The notes under the pieces: model-generated
Told to the model about the DNA's origin: nothing
Database searches by the model: none
What the model saw: only the letters and a program-made list of their open reading frames with translations
Shown: positions 7,882 through 16,426 of the stretch, piece by piece
How positions within the stretch are numbered: the stretch's first letter is position 1
Layout: each line of letters starts with the position of its first letter
Origin: an uncultured virus (IMG/VR IMGVR_UViG_3300029305_011567)
Taxonomy: Duplodnaviria > Heunggongvirae > Uroviricota > Caudoviricetes
Direction: 5' to 3' (one strand)
Virus record (IMG/VR): IMGVR_UViG_3300029305_011567
Length of the DNA: 20,000 bases
Translations under genes and position numbers: made by a program

Positions 7882-8302
7882 GCTGATGCTCCTTTACATA
7901 TAGCTGATAAACCTTGTCCTGCTTTAGAATGTCCTTTACCCGGTTTACAAACGCTTCTTCATCCTCATAGTTTTCGCAAACGTCCCTTGTGTCCATTCCT
8001 GCATTTTCTAACGACTTTTTTATCACTGCTGCCATAAACTGATTGTATATGGGAAAACGGACACTGATCGGCGGTACTTTATATCCTATCTGTATATCCT
8101 TAATACTCATTCTGTGAAATAACAGCGGATGTGGTGCATGAATCACTTCCTTACACGCTTCGCACTGATAATCAAAAATGGATTTGTCCATGATTTTAGA
8201 AAACAGCTCCATATGATAATCGTTAATACTGTCATAACGCTCTACCATCTGTTCTCTGCCACATTTCGGGCATACTTCTTTATGTAATGATGCACTTGAC
8301 AT
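7868..8302 (-). CDS. CpXC-domain (Zn-ribbon) protein
   Basis: VCPKCG...YDSIN...IF.YQCEAC...HPLLFH matches the CpXC pattern; GAGGAG-type RBS. Confidence 0.8.
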   Translation of the reverse strand: MSSASLHKEVCPKCGREQMVERYDSINDYHMELFSKIMDKSIFDYQCEACKEVIHAPHPLLFHRMSIKDIQIGYKVPPISVRFPIYNQFMAAVIKKSLENAGMDTRDVCENYEDEEAFVNRVKDILKQDKVYQLYVKEHQHEEK

Positions 8303-8351
8303 GGTATTCCTCCTCTAAAATATTGTTTTTTCAAAGATGTTTCTTGAACGG

Positions 8352-8768
8352 TTATGTCCACTGATAGGTGCCGTCCAATAACTGCGGGTGGTCATATTTA
8401 TTTCCAATCACTGCTATTTCATCCGGACGAAACTCGGATAATCTGGTGGAATAGTCCGGCTCAAACAGTTCCGCTGCATACCAGCACAACTCGTCATTAT
8501 CCCATTCAATACAGTAGCGGTGATCCGCACACTCAAATATATCCCCTTCCCACTTTTTGTCATGTGCGCTGTCCGTAATACCCGTAAAGCGCCGAAGGGT
8601 GCTTTCTTCAATCCTGTGGAGCCGTGGGTGCTTTGCCCTGGTATCATGCAACAGATACTCCGCGGTATCATTCTTTGCATAGCCGTTTGGATAATAAACG
8701 GCATATCCTTCTACCCATTGCTTACCATACTTCTTTTTTGCACTGCATAATAATCCATTTACTTCCAT
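8352..8768 (-). CDS. YopX-family phage protein
   Basis: GKQWVEGY...STLRRFTGITD...WEGDIF...IAVIGNKYDHPQLL; AAGGAG RBS supports start at 8768. Confidence 0.88.
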   Translation of the reverse strand: MEVNGLLCSAKKKYGKQWVEGYAVYYPNGYAKNDTAEYLLHDTRAKHPRLHRIEESTLRRFTGITDSAHDKKWEGDIFECADHRYCIEWDNDELCWYAAELFEPDYSTRLSEFRPDEIAVIGNKYDHPQLLDGTYQWT

Positions 8769-8802
8769 ACGCTTCTCCTTTCGCCTGCTGCCAGCCTTTA
8801 TC

Positions 8803-9516
8803 TTATTCATTATCCTGTTTCTTGTTGGTTATGATATGTTTATCCTCTGCATGGTTAGGAATAAAAACGCCCTCCGAAAACTCCCCAAAACCATCCACGG
8901 TAAGTTCATTACGGATTGCATGGTCCAGCCATGTAAAATCAAGGACATCTTCCTTGATAATATCTGCCTTGTGTCCCCTGATGTTAAATTTGTCTGTACC
9001 GGAAATCCCGTTTTTATTCCGATATGTTACCACAAGGTACGGGTATTCATCGGTGATTTCATACACCTCTGAATTTCTCAATCTTTCTTGAAACTGAAAG
9101 ATCGTATGATATCTTTCCTGTATTTCCCTGCGCTTTTTGATTTGTTTTTTCTGCAAATGATATAAGGAAAATAGCCTCTCAGATACTTTTGCAGACACCA
9201 GTTTCAACAGTTCATAAAACGTACATACTAAAATATATATGATAAATATTCCAATCAAAGTTTGGGGTATACTTGCAAGTCCACGATTACGCCACGCCGG
9301 TTGCAGGTGTTTGCACCATGCCTTAATGCATATAAGTGTAATTACGAATATCAGAACAGCATTGCATATTTGGGTGATCAGTTGAAAAATAGATGCACAC
9401 AGTTTCTGACATTTTAACTGATTTTCATGAAACCGCGTTTTCTTATCATACATATCAAAGTATTCTTCGAGGATATCCTCGGTCATGTCGGAATATTTTA
9501 CATTAAATTTTTCCAT
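8803..9516 (-). CDS. Two-TM membrane protein, family A copy 1 (237 aa)
   Basis: Two hydrophobic segments; shares N- and C-terminal motifs with 9551-10207. Confidence 0.8.
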   Translation of the reverse strand: MEKFNVKYSDMTEDILEEYFDMYDKKTRFHENQLKCQKLCASIFQLITQICNAVLIFVITLICIKAWCKHLQPAWRNRGLASIPQTLIGIFIIYILVCTFYELLKLVSAKVSERLFSLYHLQKKQIKKRREIQERYHTIFQFQERLRNSEVYEITDEYPYLVVTYRNKNGISGTDKFNIRGHKADIIKEDVLDFTWLDHAIRNELTVDGFGEFSEGVFIPNHAEDKHIITNKKQDNE

Positions 9517-9550
9517 ATCTAAGTTCTCCTTCTCGTTATAGAATCGTTTT

Positions 9551-10207
9551 TTATTTTATATCCCTTGGTATTAGCCTACTGCCATCCAGCGTGCGGAATC
9601 CTGCGTCTGCTAAATCCTCGTCGATGGCTCTGTCCATCCAAGTAAAGTCAAGAGCATCCTTTTGAATAATTTGGTTTTTATATTCCCCTATGGGAAAATA
9701 CTCTTTTTCAATCAGCCCGTTTCTGGATACATACTTCACAACCAGTGTGTTGATGTCGTTTTCGATTTCGTATACATCTTCCCCTTTGAGCACTTCCTGA
9801 AGCTTAAAGTATACTTTATACTTATGTTCCAGCTGATACCGCATCCGGTTTTCACTCAAATTAAGGGCATACAAGGGATAATTTTGTTTTGCAACTTGTC
9901 TAAAACAGTACCCACTTATCATCAACCATTCCATAATAATCAGCACCTCGATACAAAAGGCTGCCGCAGCGTTCTGAGGCCAATTTAGCCCCTTTATATG
10001 TACTACCCGTAAAAGATGCTGTTGTAATGCATTATGGCAGAATAAAATGACCAGAAGGCGTACAATCCATACCAGAAAGTTCATAATGCTGTAATTTCTT
10101 TTTTCTTTTTTCATTTTATAAGCGTCATACTGATAGAAATGTCTGGCATAATACATGTCTAACTTATCAGGCGTAACCTCTGAATATCTTACATTGATTT
10201 TTCCCAT
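9551..10207 (-). CDS. Two-TM membrane protein, family A copy 2 (218 aa)
   Basis: MGKINVRYSEVT...VYEI...LVVKY...NG...DALDFTWMDRAI aligns with neighbour MEKFNVKYSDMT...DVLDFTWLDHAI. Confidence 0.8.
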   Translation of the reverse strand: MGKINVRYSEVTPDKLDMYYARHFYQYDAYKMKKEKRNYSIMNFLVWIVRLLVILFCHNALQQHLLRVVHIKGLNWPQNAAAAFCIEVLIIMEWLMISGYCFRQVAKQNYPLYALNLSENRMRYQLEHKYKVYFKLQEVLKGEDVYEIENDINTLVVKYVSRNGLIEKEYFPIGEYKNQIIQKDALDFTWMDRAIDEDLADAGFRTLDGSRLIPRDIK

Positions 10208-10269
10208 TATAGTAACCTTCTTTCCTGTTTATGTTAGTGCTACCCCCGCATGATATACTGGGTTTACTC

Positions 10270-10587
10270 TTATAGGTGCCTGTCTATTTCGTAAAAGATA
10301 AATGCCATATAAAAGAAGATAGCGCATCCTAATGTTAGTATTAGTCCTATATCTGCCAGGTCAACACCATATGCTTTGTTCTTCATAAAAAACCCCGGAA
10401 AACGAAGAGGTGTGTATACACTTTGCGCTCCATGTTTTGCTATAAAATGCTTTTTGTGGTGTTTTGTGATGACAAGCAGGATGATACCGATTACAAATCC
10501 GATAAGCAATAGCAACGGCCAGTTCAGTGATGCTAAATACTTACATGATGTTACAATTATGTTATGCAGTGTATTAAAAATATCCAT
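10270..10587 (-). CDS. Small two-TM membrane protein, family B copy 1 (105 aa)
   Basis: LNWPLLLLIGFVIGIILLVI and FPGFFMKNK...DIG motifs shared with 10998-11591; AGGAG RBS. Confidence 0.8.
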   Translation of the reverse strand: MDIFNTLHNIIVTSCKYLASLNWPLLLLIGFVIGIILLVITKHHKKHFIAKHGAQSVYTPLRFPGFFMKNKAYGVDLADIGLILTLGCAIFFYMAFIFYEIDRHL

Positions 10588-10601
10588 GTTGCCTTCTCCT
10601 T

Positions 10602-10955
10602 TTATTTATCCTCAATTGTCCATACCCGGCTGTCACTGGAAATAACATCATAATTATCATAAATATAGTCAAGAGCTGTTTCTTCCGTAATTTCAACTTT
10701 ATACGTATATCTGCCAGTTGGAATTTTTGATTGTGTATAAAAACCTATTAAATAAACACTTGCTGTTAACATACATCCAATCGCGCATACAAGGGTTCCG
10801 ATAGCAATTCTTTCATCTCTTCTGCAAAAAGATATTATATAGAAAACCACTGCTATAATAAGAAATATGGCTCCAACCTGTAAAAGATTGTCCCACCATA
10901 CCGGAAGACTTGATACCATAATTTCTGTTTGCTCTAATACATTTAAACTTTCCAT
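10602..10955 (-). CDS. Small two-TM phage-type membrane protein, family C intact copy (117 aa)
   Basis: Two TM segments then YKVEITEE...Y.NYDVIS.D.RVWTIEDK; paralog at 19650-20000. Confidence 0.85.
   Translation of the reverse strand: MESLNVLEQTEIMVSSLPVWWDNLLQVGAIFLIIAVVFYIISFCRRDERIAIGTLVCAIGCMLTASVYLIGFYTQSKIPTGRYTYKVEITEETALDYIYDNYDVISSDSRVWTIEDK
10693..10757 (-). repeat. 65-bp perfect inverted repeat, left copy (partner 19845-19909)
   Basis: Reverse complement GTTTATTTAATAGGTTTTTATACACAATCAAAAATTCCAACTGGCAGATATACGTATAAAGTTGA is identical to 19845-19909. Confidence 0.95.
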
Positions 10956-10997
10956 AGATTCTCTTCTCCTGTTAAGCCTATTTTGTTATTATTGTCT

Positions 10998-11591
10998 TTA
11001 TTCTAGATTGATATAATACAAAATCATTTCGTTTTTCCACTCTTCATAGGCTTCTGTATTATCAAATATTTCCAAACCATTACTAATACAATAATCGACG
11101 CTTCTGTTATGACTGGCGATATCACTGATAGTTTCATCTGATAAATAACCGTCCCTATTGAGTTCTATTTCCATTTGCTCCATAATGCTTGCCTGTGATG
11201 CTTCAGACATAGTTTCATAACGTTCTTTTCGTTGCGAATCTGCGCTACTGTCTGCCCGCAGAGGTAATACATAACAATATACATACCCCAAAACGAATAT
11301 AATTGCGCACGAGATAGTGAGGAATTTCCCAATATCTATGAAAAAAGGTCCGCGATACTTATTTTTTAAGAAAATTCCCGGAAAACAAAGAAATTCATGC
11401 TCTTTTTCCGCTTTTCCCTTGCCGACTTCATATCTATGTTCGTACACTTTATCAATTACAATAAAGACAATACCAACACAAAATCCGACAAACAGTATTA
11501 TCGACCAGTCTAACGCGCTCAAAAAACCAATTACCCGTGCAAGCGCAACGGAACTCCATTCATATAACCATTCATAAATTTTCATAATCAT
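10998..11591 (-). CDS. Two-TM membrane protein, family B copy 2 with C-terminal extension (197 aa)
   Basis: LDWSIILFVGFCVGIVFIVI and FPGIFLKNK...DIGKFLTISCAIIF; AAGGAG RBS. Confidence 0.8.
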   Translation of the reverse strand: MIMKIYEWLYEWSSVALARVIGFLSALDWSIILFVGFCVGIVFIVIDKVYEHRYEVGKGKAEKEHEFLCFPGIFLKNKYRGPFFIDIGKFLTISCAIIFVLGYVYCYVLPLRADSSADSQRKERYETMSEASQASIMEQMEIELNRDGYLSDETISDIASHNRSVDYCISNGLEIFDNTEAYEEWKNEMILYYINLE

Positions 11592-11644
11592 TTCTCCTTA
11601 TTTGTTTTTGCTTCTTGATTCTATTGTTATGCGTCTACCGAATA

Positions 11645-12346
11645 TTACGGCAATGATAATAAATAGGCCTGCCTGTTCTGTTCCGGCGTTATTCTCTCAA
11701 ATTCTATAACCCATACATAAGGGTTAGCGTACCAGCCATATTTATTAAGCTGCTCTTTTTCAATAGTGCTATTCCACAACTGCTTAAAATCATCTATCAA
11801 TACTTGATAATTTTCCATTACGGCTTGTAACTGTAAGCCCTCTCTTGCTATATTTGTAACATGGTCTTGTAATGAGCCACTGTTGCAAATATCCTGTAAC
11901 CGCTCCACTCTTACACCGGTAACTTTCAAAAAGATTCTAGCCGCCTCTTTGGGCATATGTATTGAAGGTTTCCAATTAAAACAATCTTTACCACAATTAT
12001 GTATATCTGCCTTAAATGCATAACAGCCTGTATTACCATATGTATGATTAAATTTTCCCTCTTTACAAGGTACTGCCCGTAAATCTCTACCACACTCGAA
12101 ACAAGGTAGCCAGCGCCATGTTTCTCTCACATACAGCACGTCACCAGCCTTATAAGGTCGTCTTAAATACTGTTCTAGTTCTTTTATGTGCTGATTTTCG
12201 TAACAAGTACCATCTGCATATAATGTATAAAGTCCATTATCCTGTGGATAGATATTGGTGGGGAGTTTTACCACTCTCCTAGTAACCGTCTTTCTACCCT
12301 CTAATATTGCTCTTACGTTTTCGGTATTAAATAGTATGGATTTCAT
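11645..12346 (-). CDS. ASCH/PUA-like phage protein
   Basis: ILFNTENVRAILEGRKTVTRR...GDVLYVRETW...WKPSIHMPKEAARIFLKVTGVRVERLQDI...W.ANPYVWVIEFER is the widespread phage ASCH-like pattern. Confidence 0.85.
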   Translation of the reverse strand: MKSILFNTENVRAILEGRKTVTRRVVKLPTNIYPQDNGLYTLYADGTCYENQHIKELEQYLRRPYKAGDVLYVRETWRWLPCFECGRDLRAVPCKEGKFNHTYGNTGCYAFKADIHNCGKDCFNWKPSIHMPKEAARIFLKVTGVRVERLQDICNSGSLQDHVTNIAREGLQLQAVMENYQVLIDDFKQLWNSTIEKEQLNKYGWYANPYVWVIEFERITPEQNRQAYLLSLP

Positions 12347-12378
12347 TTTTTAGCCCCCCTATCTTGCATGATTCTGTA

Positions 12379-12972
12379 TTAAAATACTTTTTTGCCAATA
12401 AAAGTTGCAACAATATCTCTGATATTTTTTTCTGCCACTAATTTATCTGCTTCCAGGCTACCAATAACATCAGCATATGCTTGGTTTTGTTTTTCAAGGC
12501 AATTGATTATTGACCTCAACTCGTTAATCTGTGCTGTATTGTCCTTAATAATTTCAGTATACGTTTCTTTTTGTGCATTGATATTATCATTTATACTATC
12601 GAACTCGGCTCTTGCATCATGCAATTTGTGCATGAGTTTATTTATGTACTCTTGGTTAAATTCGTTCCCAAGGCCAAGATCAATGCTGTATAAAGTAATA
12701 ACCTTGCACTTTAAAATATCAATAATGATTACCCACGAACCGTTTAAAAAAATGTCTACCGCTTGCTTGTTGTATTCGTAATTTGGTTTGCCGGAAAAAA
12801 TAAGAGTGCCATATTGAATCATTTTGTAAATATCTTCTTTGATTTTCTGTTCATGTTCTATTATAAATACGGTGATATCTAATTTAGACTCCTTATTCAT
12901 GATTCGCTCTGCATACCGCTCTTTGCTATGTTGCGAAAAACTTAAATTATCCAGTGTGTACTTTGTATCCAT
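12379..12972 (-). CDS. Hypothetical protein: N-terminal H..ERY.ERI domain plus C-terminal coiled coil
   Basis: SQHSKERYAERI...VITLY; heptad-like C-terminus; AGGAGG RBS. Confidence 0.8.
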   Translation of the reverse strand: MDTKYTLDNLSFSQHSKERYAERIMNKESKLDITVFIIEHEQKIKEDIYKMIQYGTLIFSGKPNYEYNKQAVDIFLNGSWVIIIDILKCKVITLYSIDLGLGNEFNQEYINKLMHKLHDARAEFDSINDNINAQKETYTEIIKDNTAQINELRSIINCLEKQNQAYADVIGSLEADKLVAEKNIRDIVATFIGKKVF

Positions 12973-13023
12973 CGGTAAAATCCTCCTTTATACAGGTGCT
13001 ATCCATACATAATTTTCTTTCTT

Positions 13024-13221
13024 TTACTCTATCTCCAACTTATCTAAAGCAAACTGTAAGGTATTCGCTACACTATAACAAAAATCTGCATATGATTCCG
13101 GAATTTCTTTCTCCTTCAAAATTTTCTCCGCCATCAGTTCCAAGTCTCTTTTGGCAGTTCTCACATCTCCTACGCAGTGTGCCTGTTCTTCCGTCAAAAT
13201 GTATCTCACTTCTTTTCGCAT
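13024..13221 (-). CDS. Small hypothetical protein (65 aa)
   Basis: GGAGGG RBS inside the upstream gene's 3' end; overlapping start. Confidence 0.7.
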   Translation of the reverse strand: MRKEVRYILTEEQAHCVGDVRTAKRDLELMAEKILKEKEIPESYADFCYSVANTLQFALDKLEIE

Positions 13222-15254
13222 ATGTTTTTTCCCTCCTTTTTCTTATATGCCACTAATTTCGTGTCGCTGTAACTACTGTATGACAAATTCACGGTGTATC
13301 CTTTTTCTTTCAATTTTTCCTTGAATAAATCTCTGGATTCGTTTTGATCTTTATCAAACTCCACTTCGTACCTGTCTTTTTTGTTGAAATACGGTTCCAA
13401 ATGCTCTTTGTAATACCGTTTACCGATACAGACATTACATCCGCTCATCTGGCGCAGCGCTGGGCGTTCTCTGTATTCGCGCTTATTTGCATCCGTGCCA
13501 TAATACGCTACAATCTCATCCCGGTACCGGATTAAGAACGGAAGCTCTCTGTCGTCTTCCCATCCGTAAAACAAAAGGATTTCCGCTTTTGTAAATGGAC
13601 GAACCCTAATGCATACAGCCGGGCGTTTTTCCGGTGCCCCGTACTCGTCTGGGAACAATACAAATTGATTCTTGCGGAACTTATACCATTCCTTTTCGCT
13701 GGGCTGGCCACGATAAACAGAATTGTGTTTTGTAGTTGTTCCATACTTCTTATCCACGATATCCATGGAACAGTTAATGAATTTGCCTTCTTCCAGTAAT
13801 CGTGTAATTTCTTCTTTTCGTTCCGTAAAGGACCGGTACTCTTTTGTATAAATCTCATTTGTTTCCGCTTCGGTATCTGCGTAACCTTTCAATTTCCGGT
13901 CGATTACGGTGCGGTAGGCTTCTTCTACATGCTTTCGTAATTCACTCTCGTAATCAACCAAAAGTGCTTCCTTTGTCGGCAAAATCGGCGCAGATGCGAT
14001 ATCATCCTGCTTGATTCCAAGAATGTGAATCATGTCTAATACTTCCGGCTTATCTGCAAATAATGACTCTACGCTGTAATCCTGCAAATAGTACGTCTGC
14101 GTTGCACTGCTTCCGATAGCGGCAAGCTCGTTTTTAACTTCCCGGCCGTCCGTTAACAGCAAGGTTGTCTCCTGCGGAATTACAATCGTGTCAAGCATCG
14201 GCGGTTCTTCATCAAAAAACAGGCGCTTTGCTTCATAAAACAGTATCGGAATAAAAAGCTTCTGCTCTTCGTCTACCAGTTTTCCCAGTTTATAAGACTG
14301 ATTGATGGTTGTAAGCTGCGTGGTCCCTTCAGGCTGACCGGCAAAGTCCTTAAACAATACCTGATACGGGAAATAGGTCTTTCGGCGACCATATTCGTAA
14401 AAATTGTCGCTTGGTGTACCGTAGGAATTGGTGTTATTACTTGGAATCAGCCAAATATTATCCCCGTTCTTAATTACAAGATAAATGGTTCGTCCGTATG
14501 TATCCTCAGCTTCAAAATACTCTTCCTCGGTCATATGCTCATTACACATGGTGTTGTGCTTACGCTCGTTATCATATCCACACTTCCAGTCATCGAAGTA
14601 ATTATTGGTGTCGCGGTACGTTTTTCGGATTGCTGCAAACATGATAAGGCTTTCTAGCCCTGAGCCTTCCACGGCCTGAACGATGTCGTGGATGTTACGG
14701 AATACGGTAATAGTGTTGATGAATACGGGGGCGACTTCTGAAAATTTGCCTTTTCTTGCCTGTGTAATACGGCGGTATTTATCCTCTCCTGTGAAATCAA
14801 ACTTCTCCAGATAGGAAAACGCACTGATTAACACATGCACGTTTGCCGTAATATCCGCATATAAGTCGGATTCCGCCTTAAAATCAAGTGATTCCATGAT
14901 TTCACGGAATTTTCCGGATAACCTCTGCCATACTTCTTTTGTATTATCTTCTTTTAAGGCACTGTCAAGCTGTCTGATTGCGTCCATGCGCCGGGTATTA
15001 CCTTCCAGTATTTCCCACGCCGGTATAGCAATAAGTGGCAGGGATTTTCTAAAAAATGCATCCGTCAGCGCCGGAATAAGCATCGTTAACCGTTCGCATT
15101 TTTCAATCTGCTTGATGTATTCGTGAAAATCACTCCAGATATCTTTGATTCCCTTGCTCTGATTATTTTCGCTGATTCTCTCTTTCGCTTCCGCGAACTG
15201 GTAAGAGTCATTGATGATATTGTGATACAAATCTACAAGCTGATTATTCTCCAT
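13206..15254 (-). CDS. Large hypothetical protein (682 aa)
   Basis: Long uninterrupted ORF with AGGGGG RBS; no motif recognised. Confidence 0.85.
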   Translation of the reverse strand: MENNQLVDLYHNIINDSYQFAEAKERISENNQSKGIKDIWSDFHEYIKQIEKCERLTMLIPALTDAFFRKSLPLIAIPAWEILEGNTRRMDAIRQLDSALKEDNTKEVWQRLSGKFREIMESLDFKAESDLYADITANVHVLISAFSYLEKFDFTGEDKYRRITQARKGKFSEVAPVFINTITVFRNIHDIVQAVEGSGLESLIMFAAIRKTYRDTNNYFDDWKCGYDNERKHNTMCNEHMTEEEYFEAEDTYGRTIYLVIKNGDNIWLIPSNNTNSYGTPSDNFYEYGRRKTYFPYQVLFKDFAGQPEGTTQLTTINQSYKLGKLVDEEQKLFIPILFYEAKRLFFDEEPPMLDTIVIPQETTLLLTDGREVKNELAAIGSSATQTYYLQDYSVESLFADKPEVLDMIHILGIKQDDIASAPILPTKEALLVDYESELRKHVEEAYRTVIDRKLKGYADTEAETNEIYTKEYRSFTERKEEITRLLEEGKFINCSMDIVDKKYGTTTKHNSVYRGQPSEKEWYKFRKNQFVLFPDEYGAPEKRPAVCIRVRPFTKAEILLFYGWEDDRELPFLIRYRDEIVAYYGTDANKREYRERPALRQMSGCNVCIGKRYYKEHLEPYFNKKDRYEVEFDKDQNESRDLFKEKLKEKGYTVNLSYSSYSDTKLVAYKKKEGKNICEKK

Positions 15255-15322
15255 TTAATAGTCCCCCTGTAAAATAACGATTGCCGAAAACTGTTTGGTA
15301 AGTAACTTAGCGCTACATCATA

Positions 15323-16426
15323 CTAGCTCTTTTTATTCTTAAAATATCTACATATGTATGTGCGCATACTCTCATAACTAACGTGGTATATTTCTGCTAT
15401 TTCTTTTACGGATTTTCCTTGATTGTAGTATAGGTCTTTAATTTCTTCTTGCTTTTTTGATAATAATCTAAATGTCCTTTTGGATGGAATGTGCACTTTT
15501 CTCATGTATGCGTGTATAGTCGATGCGTGAACATGGTATATTTCTGCTATTTCAATTGCACTTTTTCCTTGATTGTAGTATAGATCATATATGTTCTCCC
15601 TTTCGGCTTCACTTATCATAGAATCTTTCGTGGAATTTCCTGTGTCTATACCCATTTTAGCCATATAATCTAATAAAGTACTACGTTGTACCTGATATAA
15701 TTTAGCTATTTCAGTTATACTTTTCCCTTGCTCCCAGTATAAATTCGATACCATATCTTTATACTCTGGAAATAATTTTTGAGGTTTTTTACCACCTTTA
15801 TTTCTTAACGGTATCTCGTGTTTTTTCATATAGTTTGACATGGCATGTTTTTCAACTTTATATATGGCCGCAATTTCTCTTATGGATTTTCCACTTTGAT
15901 ATAAAGCACGGATAACATCCTTTTCGCTCTCACTAATGGAACTTCTTTCTTTATTGCGTACAATATGGTGCTTTTTGATATAATAGAGGATAGTGGTTTC
16001 ATGCACATGGAAATAATCTGCTATCTCTGATATTGTCATCTTTTTTATACAGTACAAGTCGATAAAGTCTGTCTCGTTAATTATGATTTCGCGAGGCCCG
16101 CTAATTGGTGCCTTATCTCTTTTTATCCAATTACAGATTGTCTGATAACTCACACCAAAGTATGTCGCCAGTTCTTGATACGACCATTTTTCCACAGAAT
16201 GCAAATAAATTAAATTTTCTTTTGTTGCGCTATCCGGGCGTTTTGTTGCTACGTATTGATAATGGCGGTTGCGGCTACACTTGATACCAGCTTTTTTCAA
16301 CCATTTGTATATCGAATTTTGTGATATCCCCCACTGATCTGCCAGTTGTTTTACAGTCATGTGTTGTTTCTGGTACTCCTCGCATATTTCTTTCTTTATT
16401 TTGTCAGTGATTTTTTTGTATTTCAT
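15323..16426 (-). CDS. Tandem HTH-repeat DNA-binding protein (7 repeats, 367 aa)
   Basis: Seven ~50-aa units of the form LY...GKS..EIA..Y.V...TI..Y.KK..I; ATGA overlap with upstream gene. Confidence 0.85.
   Translation of the reverse strand: MKYKKITDKIKKEICEEYQKQHMTVKQLADQWGISQNSIYKWLKKAGIKCSRNRHYQYVATKRPDSATKENLIYLHSVEKWSYQELATYFGVSYQTICNWIKRDKAPISGPREIIINETDFIDLYCIKKMTISEIADYFHVHETTILYYIKKHHIVRNKERSSISESEKDVIRALYQSGKSIREIAAIYKVEKHAMSNYMKKHEIPLRNKGGKKPQKLFPEYKDMVSNLYWEQGKSITEIAKLYQVQRSTLLDYMAKMGIDTGNSTKDSMISEAERENIYDLYYNQGKSAIEIAEIYHVHASTIHAYMRKVHIPSKRTFRLLSKKQEEIKDLYYNQGKSVKEIAEIYHVSYESMRTYICRYFKNKKS

Noticed and set aside
15323..16426. IS transposase (IS3/IS630/IS30 HTH)
   Set aside because: No DDE domain, no terminal inverted repeats; only HTH repeats.
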